In this document: in pieces, positions 54,210-64,000 of the stretch | Layout of the letters: every line of letters starts with the position of its first letter | How positions within the stretch are numbered: the first letter of the stretch is position 1 | Notes under the pieces: model-generated | Told to the model about the DNA's origin: nothing | The model's database searches: none | Seen by the model: only the letters and a program-made list of their open reading frames with translations | Position numbers and translations under genes: made by a program | DNA from: Camelus ferus | Taxonomy: Eukaryota | NCBI RefSeq assembly: GCF_009834535.1 | Contig: NC_045697.1 | Location: forward strand, 68,078,001-68,142,000 | DNA length: 64,000 nt | Reading direction: 5' to 3'

Positions 54210-54290
54210 TTCCTCGGTTGATGGTCTCAGTTGTTTGCGGGTGGGCGTCATCTATTTTTAATCCGCGGCTCACCTTGCTAATTCCGTAAG
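54210..54290. promoter_or_regulatory. Candidate enhancer core (E-box, EGR/KLF-like, half-CRE, MEF2)
   Basis: CAGTTG 54228-54233, GCGGGTGGGCG 54237-54247, CGTCA 54246-54250, CTATTTTTAA 54252-54261. Six CpGs within about 72 bp. Confidence 0.5.
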
Positions 54291-55724
54291 ACATAAAAGA
54301 TAGATTAGTTTTTGTTTTTCTTTTTTTCTTTCTTTTCTTACTGCCTTTTACTCTCTTCATTCCTGGAAATCTCTGTTCCACCTACAAGTTAACATATAAT
54401 TTCCAGTTTCTCCTAGTGACTATTCTACCCAACCAGTCCACCAAGTCATTTCCTCTGGTATATCCTCCAAGAGTCTGTGACCATGATGGCTTCTACTTTA
54501 AGTTTTGGGGTTTTTGTTTTTGTTGTTTCAGTGATGCAGATTTTCTTCTTGGTACAGCTTGTTCTTGAGGATTCTTAATGAGATCACATTTAGTGCCAGG
54601 GTGGAAGGGCACACTTTCTGTTGGACACCTACACTAACAGTAAAGCTTCTTAGTTCAATAAGGCCATTTGCCAGTCCTTGTGGGAAAGCAATAGAAAATT
54701 AGTTACATTTGTGAAAATTTTGGAATTGCTGGTATTGCTTCTCACCATTTACTAAATAATAAAGAATCCTTGGTTTACGATTGTAGAGATGTTCAACATG
54801 TCACCATGGAAACAAATTATTTGCTGTTTTGAAATTTTACATTAGATTTGAACTGCAGAAAATGTAAAGCTGAAAATAAATTAGGCGGTCAAGAATTATT
54901 GGTAATAAATATTAGCTAAGTTTATCTGGAATGAAAAGGTACATAATGCTTTCTGTAATGATATTCTAGCAAGATTTTTAAACTCTTAATTGGTACATAA
55001 ATATATTCTGCATTTGAATAAATTTGTGGATTTAAGAAAAAACATAATTAAAAGACCTTAATTATTCCTCAAAATTTTTTGAATAAGTGAATATTGATAA
55101 TTAAGTTAAATATATATTACTTGTAGACAGTGGAAATGATTGTTTGCCACTGCTGTGCTATTAAAATTTATGCAAAAATTATATACATTGAAAAATAAGC
55201 CAAGTTTAAGACATCAAAATACTATAGATTTCACTCAATTTTTTGTCATATTCTGCATTGTTTAGTTTTCAGGACAACAGAACATTTCAGTATCACCTGC
55301 AAATATCCTTTACATCAGTACAGATGTATTATATTCTTAGAAGTGAATTTTCCGTTCTTCACTCATATGGAATCTCATGCTTTGAGAGAGAATTTGGCTT
55401 CTGTAAATTGAGGAAAAGTTACAAGAGTCATAGCTATGGACATGGATTTCCTTATAAAGCAAATTAAAACTCTTACTTTCTATACCATAGTCATAATCAT
55501 TAAAAGTTCTTTTCTGACTATTGTATAATATATTGAAATGCCAAAAAGATAAAACCGCCTAAATAATTGTGATGTAAAATGCTTACTATCTTAAGAAAAA
55601 TAATGAAAAAGAACTATCTTTCTATCTTTCTCACTTTAGAGTTATGTCAATAGTCATGTTACTCTGATAATTTTCATAGTTAAATTATCTTTCATTAGGT
55701 CTTTGTATCATTTAATCTAATAAA

Positions 55725-55990
55725 ACAATGGCTTTCAACATGAGTGTTTTTGCTCATGTTCTACCTAAAACAGTTTTCAAGATGATATATACTCTCTCAT
55801 AGGTTTTCATGTTATCTAAAATTTTACATTTCAATAATTTCCAGGATAAATTTCCAGGAGTGTTATGTAATTATATCTATCCTGGAAATGTATTTTCATC
55901 AAAGTCTTTGAGGTACAAATGTAGCACATTCAATTATGGAAAATATCTCACAATTTTCAGTCTTTGTTATACAAAGCATCCAAATGGTAC
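55725..55990 (+). mobile_element. Possible MER113/Charlie-like hAT relic
   Basis: caatggctttcaac start and ctaaaacagttttcaag...atctaaaatttt resemble the recalled consensus; weak match. Confidence 0.3.
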
Positions 55991-56259
55991 TATTCTGTCT
56001 GAAAATGTGTGTCTTTATTTTAAAATCTGGATTGATGTGTTAGTATGCATTAGTGAGAAAACAATCTTTTCTCTAGAATGCTAATTCTAAGATAGACTGT
56101 TTATGCACATAAATAGAATGCTATTCTAAGTTTGTGGCATGTATGAAATGTGGTACTTACTCTTTCCAATTTTCAGAAGCTCTATTTGCTGTGCTCTCAC
56201 AGAATTTATCTCAGTGGCAGTGTATTCTTAAAATACCCCTCGTTTGATTCCCTAGAGCT

Positions 56260-56680
56260 AGTTGGAAAGAACTTTCTGCCTGCATTGTAGAAAATAGATG
56301 AGAGTGAAGGTAAAACCAGTACTAGCAAAATAGATAGTTGCTACAGTGGTGATACAGGTAAAAGATGTGATGCTCTGGACTTGAATAGAACAGTAAGGAA
56401 GGAGAGAAATGAACATACCTAGAGATATATGCAAAGAGTGATCAACGGAATATACGGGTCACTTGGTTGAGTCAATTTTAGCACTTAGGACCCTGGCTTG
56501 GTTAACTGAATGGTGGATGGTGCCATCTACCAAATCAGATAAGAAGGGATGCATCTGGCTCAGACAGCAAGAAGAGACAATGAATTCATTTTCAGAAATA
56601 GTCATGAGGTCCTCTGTGGCATCCAAGTGGAGATCTAAGCAGACAGTCATACAGGTTGAGTATCAAATATATCTCAGAGG
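56260..56680 (-). mobile_element. L2 fragment
   Basis: ctggcttggttaactgaatggtggatggtgccatctacc...atgaattcatttt...catccaagtggagatcta. Confidence 0.75.
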
Positions 56681-56879
56681 AGAGGAATGGTTATTTCCCA
56701 TTCTTCAGTCATGCAGTTCCAGAAATCTGCTTTCCATAATCTTTCTTTATTAATTATAAAGATGGTGACACTGGCTCTTAATACACACTTTCTATGATTC
56801 TCCTCTACCAACTACTCCACATATTGAACATCACTGTCCACTATACATCAAAGTAAAATTCATTCACTTAGTCTTTCAT

Positions 56880-57790
56880 TCTTTCTTTTTTAATAGACAT
56901 TTTTGGTAAAGACATATTGAGAAAATCACACAACCATGCAGATATCACTCAAAAAATTTTCACAACCTGAATACATCTATGTAACCACCATCCAAAGCAA
57001 GAAATAGAACACAACCAACAGCGCAAAAGTCCTACCATGTCCCCTGCTTTTTCAAGAAAAGTAACCACTATCTTGACTTCAACTTCATAAATGTGTCTGT
57101 TGTCTTGTGGCTGTTTTTTTTTTTAATTGTTTTTAACTTGCTATTGCAGGGACTCACTTGGAACCTTAGAGTTGGTATGAATATTATTTTAAACTGAAGG
57201 CATTTGAGATTCAACAGATGCAGAAAGAAGCCTTCTTGGAGCTTCCCTTATCTGACTAAACACAGCAACTTCTGAGAATGGAAGCTACCATAAATCCCCT
57301 CTCCTGGGAAGTTTCATGGCCATGAAGAAGACTGAATGGCACTCACACCTGCATAAACAAATATCACAAACTTTCTCATCTCCCATTAGTTGTCCTAGAA
57401 ACTCATTTGTCTTTCCTAAAGAAAACTATTTGTTCTTTCCATAGAAGGTTTTCTTCCCCCTCCCTTTTCCCTACTAAGTTAGGTATATAAACCTCTATCT
57501 TCAACCATGCAGCAAACTAGCTACTTCTTTTGTTAGCTCTTGTATGCATATGAAATCTTTCTTCTGTTGATCTGTATTTCTTCAGTTTAATTCCCTGAGA
57601 AATGAACCTAAGAGGAAAAGTTTTCCTCCCCAGCAAAATCAATGGAAACATATACTATATTCCTTTTTGTGCCTGGAATGTTTGCTCAAAATTACATTTG
57701 TATGATTACTTTCACTGCTGAATAACATTTTCTTTGTATGAAATTATAATTTATTCATTCTAGTATTGAAATGATTTTGGGTTGTTTCAC
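56880..57790 (-). mobile_element. L1ME 3' end interrupted by an LTR
   Basis: tttcacaacctgaatacatctatgtaaccaccatccaaagcaagaaatagaac...gtaaccactatcttgacttc; resumes after the LTR at aatggaaacatatac. Confidence 0.75.
57145..57635 (+). mobile_element. ERV1 solo LTR, MER34/MER39-family
   Basis: TG...CA termini. attattttaaactgaaggcatttgagattcaacagatgcagaaagaag..., TATA-like ggtatataaa at about 57482, end gaacctaagaggaaaagttttcctccccagca. Confidence 0.8.
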
Positions 57791-57819
57791 TTATTCATTA
57801 ATGTATCAACATGTATGAC

Positions 57820-58640
57820 ATTTATGACATTTATTGAATACCAATTTAACATTAGACACTGTGCTAATTAAAGACAAAAAAATTTTATAGGACACAATTT
57901 ATGCTCTCAAGAGACTTATACTCCAACAGCAGTAATAAAAGATGAAATGCAAGTTATATGAGATTATATGAACAAGATAGTGTATTCTAGGGCAAAGGAT
58001 ATAGTTAATTCTGCTCAAGAAATGAGATTAAGGAATAACTGAAGAGAAAGGAAGCTCTGACCTAGAAGCCTGAGCAAGTAGAGGGTAGAGAGAGGGAAGA
58101 GCGCGTGTAAATAAATTTAGGAAAGAAAAAAACAAAACAGGGCAGATTTAGAAACAGTAATTCCAAATACATATTATTTTTAGAAGTGTGGTTATAGGGA
58201 TAAGTAATTATGTTGCAAAAGCAGGCAAGAACCAAACAATGAAGCTATACATACTTTGTAATCAGATTTTTGTTTTCAAAAGGATACTTGTCACTATAGA
58301 GAACAGAAATGATGGAGACAGGAAAAACAAAAGAAATTAATGCTAGAGGCCCATCAAACAATGGAAGTGGAAGCAGATGAGAGGCATTAAGGTATAGAGA
58401 GAAGAGGATTTGGCTCTTGATCAACGGAAGACTCTAAGGTAGCTCTTTAATTTCTTAGCAACTGATGCTTTGAACACTCAAGCTGAGGATAAAATTTTGC
58501 AAAAACGCATATGAAGTTCAGATTTGTTCTTGTTCAGTTTGAGATGATGTAATTAACTAGTAAGTAACTGGTTGGTCATTTGAACTCAAGAATTCAAATT
58601 ACCAGGGTTAGTGAATTCTATGGCAAGAATGAAATCAAGC
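57820..58640 (-). mobile_element. L2 decayed 3' segment
   Basis: catttattgaatacc...agacactgtgcta...tgctctcaagagacttatactc...tgttcagtttgagatg. Confidence 0.65.
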
Positions 58641-61600
58641 AAAAAAATGAGGGGAAAAAAAGGTGAGAAAAATATTGTTGCTCCTGGGAATTATGAGATA
58701 CATTTAATTAAATCCAAAGTACACATATCCCCAATTTAACTTCCACTTACCAAACCTACCAAATACGTCTGCAGCTGCTCTAATAGTCCTTGACATAGGG
58801 CAAGCGTGACAGTAAATGTCCTATGTACTACTGTTTGCAAATTTTAAATTCAGGAATGCTGTTAGGAAAATAAACCCTAGCCATATAATCAAGATTTGAA
58901 AAAAATTATGGTAAGACTATTACGAGTTGGTTCACAGCCAACCTAAGAAACAGTGAACCTCTGACTGTGAGAATGCTGTTGTAAATCCTATAATATGTTC
59001 AACAATGAATATATAATTATTTGCATTTTTGCAGTAATAACATATAATTTTAATGTATATTTTGGTGTAGAACAGTATCTTAAAGCAAACCAGTGTTCTT
59101 ATAAATAAGGAAACTAAATAAAGAGATGAAGAAGATCTATAATTGAAATTGGTTGTGGTGCTCATTATTTTTAACTGCATCTTAACAAACTGCAGTTGTT
59201 TTCCCAGCTGAAGTAGAAGGCACAGTTGTAACAATATACAAATAAACTTGTATATATTTCAAAAGTTAAATCACATAAGTTATTTTAGCACTGATTTTCA
59301 CCCTCAAAAATGTCCTAGGTCTGATGATATAAATGATATGAATACATTAGCCAAAGACAATAAACAACAAGCAAACAAACCAAAATATTGAAAAGTGAAA
59401 TTCGTGGTTTTCACAATGTTCCACTAAAAAGTTTTGTACCATTATTTTATTGTATTTACTTTGAGTCATTCTCAATTTGTTTCAGATTTCAGTGGGTGAC
59501 TTTGGGGTGAAAGATGCCATTTCCTATAATCTCTAATGCATCCAACTACCCCACATGCTGAAACAACCATTTTAAATGGGGACCATTAGATCAGCTTCCC
59601 CTTTGGCACAAAGCTTGAACCTCTGCTCCTGTACTAGTCCTCCATGAATGTATCAGCCCCTCAGAATGAACGACTGCTCCACTTTATAGTAGATATATAT
59701 TTTACAACTTACACAAGGAATTCATTACCTGTTATTTTATAAATTATAAAAATCAGTAATGCAGTTATGAAGATAAACTCAGGTCAATATATCAGAGATT
59801 TGAAGAAAATGAGAGTGAGACTATTAAGAGTTGGGCCACAGCCAAGAGAACTGTAAGAAACTCCATTTTCATTACATCTTAGTTGTTTTATGCATATATG
59901 GAGTGTCTCTTAGACTAAAAGCTGTAAGCAAAAGAATATTTGATAGAATTCACACAAAATTTACCTTCTAGATGGAACTGACCTAGACAGGAATTTTTTT
60001 CTTAACATTTGCTAGGCTAAAGTAATTTGAAAACTTGTTTGCACAATTGTTTTCTGAGTGAAAACTGATATCCAGAGTTATTTAACAGTTTTTCACTTGA
60101 CGACTGAAGTAGGGAACCAAGAGAGATAGTAGACAAATAATGAGGTAAAGCAAAGATATAGGTGATAAAGGATGATGTGTATAATTTATAATCAGTTAAA
60201 ATATTTGCCATGGTGTTGAAAACCTCCACTAAAATCCAAGTTGATTTCAATGAATCCTACCCTGTGTATGAATCTGTTTTCTGCTGAGAGTTCTTGGCCT
60301 CACTGTGTAAACCCTTATAATAGTTCTACCCACTGCATTTTTTATTGACCACAGCAAAGAACAGTTCCACCATCTCTAAATAATGAGAATATCAGCTTGA
60401 CATCTTTAGACAGATTTTTAAAGCGCCATTTTAAAATATAGCGGCAGCTTGAAGAGTTAGAATATATTGCAAATAAATTCTAAGCCCCTCAGTTTTCCTT
60501 GTGCACGGGCAGTTAGTCCCTAGCATAGTTGGAAATATCTGTGGTGGTAGGTAATTTAGCAAAATACTTAAGAATACCGTATTTTATTATGGAAGGATTA
60601 TAGCTTTCCCCTTCAGTGATTAAACAGTGAATTGTGGCTCTTAGTGATCATAAATTCAAATGTGTTAACAGTTTTCAATCTCTTATAGGTTACTTAGAGG
60701 AACCCACTTGTGTGTATGTGTGCGTGTGTGTGTGCCTGTAAAGTAAATGACAACGTAGAGACTGACCAGAATAGGTTTTAAATAGCTTTTTTAGTGTGGA
60801 AATGACAGGAATTTTGAGAGAAGAATGTAATTAAGATCCTTTTTAGAGGCACATAAGATTGTGAATAGTTCACTCACAAATTATTCATAAGGTTACATTT
60901 CCCTCTCCTCGTACTGTGAGGTCACCTAGATACACTCATCCAGTGCACCCCCAGGTATCCAGGAAGAAAGGATGAAACTTTGCAAAATGTATACAGTAGA
61001 TAGAGTATTAGATAGAAAAGGAGAATCAAATTGTAATCAAGGTTCTGTGCAGATGAAATCTGGGCTCAACCTGAAATACAACAGGATCTTATACTTGAAA
61101 TTGATGTTAAGAATTAATCTAGTTTAGTCAATTAAAGTCTTCAGGTAAGCTGTTGTCAGTATTATCAATTTGCACATCAATGGTATCTTTGTATTATCCT
61201 CTCCCAGAAAAAAAAAAACATTAAAATATAAGAACCTCTTCATTAAAAAGTACAGCTAGATATTAGCATGTGATAAAGCAATGATATCTGACAAATTCCT
61301 TGCACTGGTTATAGTACTAAACATTGAAAATCCTAAGCAAAATAATGGAGAATGTTATGGAAAACATGAAATGACAGATATATATTTTTTCTTTCTTAGT
61401 AAAATTTGTTGACAACTGTCTTGACTTTTTCTTCTCGCATATCCATTCAAATAACTTGTATTTTGCTTAATACTTGATTGCAACAAATTTTGTCCAAGTT
61501 ATTACCACTGACAATATACCTAGGCATGTCTTCTATAATCCTTTCTGATTTGATGCTGACAACCTCTCCATCCTCCTTCATATCTCTCTACCTTTCACCC

Positions 61601-62699
61601 TCTACACTCCTGCCATAGTGTTTTTCTCAGCGCTTCAAACATACCAAGTTCTCTCTCCACCAGTCTTTTGGTCCTGCTCTTAACATGTTTGCCAATTAAT
61701 TAATTTTGCTAGTTCACTAAAATTGAATGAAAAATAGGTATTTTTTCAGAGAATTATTGACCTATTTAAATGATCCTGAAACCACCGACCTATTTTAAGT
61801 GATACTGGGCAAATATCTTAAGATGAGAAACAAATTTATCTAGACTCTGGGATGAAAAATTTTTATCAACATCATAACCTTGAAAAATAGAGATGAATGT
61901 GACAAACAAAAGGACATTAGTGATTCTGTGTTCCTACTCAGAATAAAGATAAATGTACGAAGAAAAAACACAAAAGTCATGGTTAACTTTTTGAAAAGGT
62001 TGCTATCTAGAAAACTGTTTACCATTGATCTATTTTCTTAGGAGAGCAAGAAGAAAGGGAAGCAAGCAAAACGGCTTTAAAAAACCCTTATATTCATTTG
62101 CTAACTTTTCCTTTACCGCTCTTCTAACAGTATGTCTCTTACACTGAGGACAAAACATATTAGTAATTGAAAGCATTCACTAAATTTCCAAGAAAGAAAA
62201 AGCTATTTTTAAGTAGTAATTATCAAAAGTGATTGCCTGCCAGCTGCACTGATGACCTCCTTAGCCCATACACTGACTTACACTCAGTCCACGTGCACTG
62301 TTGCTCCAGATGGGCTGCTCTGTGGAAGGAGCCCCTTTGTGGCATGTGTTTAGTCAGTCACATCTCAACCATCTTCCATGATGTAGTCCAAGTCTTATCT
62401 TTCTAATAAGGCTCTTGCAGACCATTCAAGCCTGTATGTGGACTTCTTCTGATACATGCTGTTCTGTCTACCAGTATGACTGCTTGATCACCTCTTTTAT
62501 CTTCTTAAAATAATTTATGAGTAGATTCTTCTTCCTGGTAACATTCTAAATTCACTGAGGACAGTAATAATGTTCTTTTTGTTTGTTCATTTAATGTATT
62601 TTCTAATGCTACCTAGTCCTAAGCAGTTGTTTTATAATAAAGAATATGATTCATTCAGCAAATAGTTGTTGAGTTCTGTCATGAGAATGTAACAGTGCA

Positions 62700-62935
62700 C
62701 TGGGAATACAGTGCTAACATATAGTAAGTATTTCTTACATGTCAAATATTGTTCTTTGTGTTTCACATTTAAAAACTCATTTGATTCTCACTTAATGGCA
62801 TAAATACTGTTATTACCTCTCTCCCCCAATTTACAGATGAAATAACTGAAACACAGTCATTAAATGACATGTTCAGGGTCATAGAGCTTATAAATAATAA
62901 GGTCAAGATTTGAATTCATGGAGTCTCATTAGAGG
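62700..62935 (-). mobile_element. MIR SINE (degenerate L2 pieces lie upstream at about 62270-62715)
   Basis: aactcatttgattctcac...ccccaatttacagatgaaataactgaaacacag...ttaaatgacatgttcagggtcatagagct...aagatttgaattc. Confidence 0.8.
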
Positions 62936-64000
62936 CATATGTAATTAACTCATTAGCTCATCGTACCTACAAGTTTGTGAGAATACAACAACTGAATGAG
63001 CAATTACAAGGCAACATAAATACCACAGCAAGTTATAGACAAGGTATAGAGGAACACAAAGGAAAAGATTTAATGTAGACCTGTGGGTCCAATGTCTATG
63101 TATTTCTGTGTATGAATTACATGTAAATTGTGTGTATGGAGAGAGAGAAAAAGATAGAAAAGTTATACACACACACATTGTACTGAACATATTCACACAC
63201 ACACTGTATTAGTCCTTGTAGGTGGTTTTGGTCTTCAATTTGTTTCTATATTTTGTGTAATACCAGTTTTGCATTATATCAATTTTAATATGGATTGGAA
63301 AAAAAAAAAAGAAATCACTGCCCTGTCACCAGCAAAATCTTACCATGTACAGCTGAATTTCTTGGGAAAATAATAGATTTTAAATAGTTAATAATATAAA
63401 ACATAAGCATTCTTCTAAAATTTATATAAATTGACTTCTTCTGAAATGGAGATAACCATTTACCTAGAAAATCATATAAAATATATCTAAATATATTGCC
63501 CACACTCAAATATTTGTCGTTTCATAATCCCATCTAGAGTATTTACTAGAAAAACATGTCCAAAAGTTATGCTATTCATATTAATCTTTAAGCAGTGGAA
63601 TTTCAAAATCTTTACAAATGCCTTGTTAAAGTAGAACTATGGAGGTATAACAACTGTACCTAATTTTTCAAGTCTGAAATTTCCTACAGTGCTTCAAAGA
63701 GTTTGACATATTTGTTATCTGTGAGAAGACCAAAAATCTCACACTCAACTTCTCTCAGCACTCTTTGAATCCAAGAAACAAATTATTCCACCAAGAGATG
63801 ATTTTCATTGTTCATTCATCGCTTGTGTATTAAACACTGACAGTATAAAAGTAATTCTGTCATCAGGGGAGCCAGAGACTAGTGGAGAAAGAGATTCCTT
63901 GATTTTGTTTTAATCGTTTTCAGATGAACCATCAGCACAGCCTAAGTCTGAACCTCACCCTAAATGCACCAAGGAGGAAAAGGCTGATATACAGAAAAAA

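Noticed and set aside
61135..61150. CAG|GTAAGC possible donor or recursive splice site
   Set aside because: The upstream polypyrimidine tract is too short, and the upstream frames I translated contain stops.
63344..63360. Minus-strand 9- or 17-nt microexon before a GTAAGA donor
   Set aside because: Weak polypyrimidine tract, no UGC microexon enhancer near the acceptor, and no host gene identified.
1..64000. CRISPR arrays, operons, tRNA/rRNA genes, CpG-island promoter
   Set aside because: None seen. This is mammalian non-coding DNA with no regularly spaced repeats and no CpG island.

Overview
AT-rich, CpG-depleted placental-mammal DNA that looks like a large intron or an intergenic region. 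I found no recognisable protein-coding gene, RNA gene, CpG island or CRISPR array. Much of the window is decayed interspersed repeat: L1 fragments of several ages, MaLR/ERV solo LTRs (MLT1, MLT2, MER21, MER34-like, LTR16), DNA transposon relics (Tigger2 with a decayed transposase, MER20, MER2, MER103, Charlie-like), MIR and L2. The only ORFs in the track that resemble known proteins come from L1 ORF2. I saw no Alu, B1/B2, Can-SINE, Bov-A/BovB, CHR or PRE-1 SINEs, and a short young L1 3' end resembles the camelid type as I recall it, so a camelid source is my tentative inference. The best observations are: (1) a polyadenylated 310-bp retro-insertion with a perfect 16-bp target-site duplication nested inside an L1 (3400-3741); (2) a compact CpG-retaining MEF2/CRE/EGR-KLF motif cluster at about 54.2 kb; (3) a CRE/ERR/M-box cluster inside an old L1 at about 15.2 kb; (4) an L1 whose 5' tip is fused directly to ORF2. 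I do not see evidence for a new biological system. Repeat subfamily names come from recalled consensus sequences, and boundaries are approximate unless termini or TSDs are quoted.
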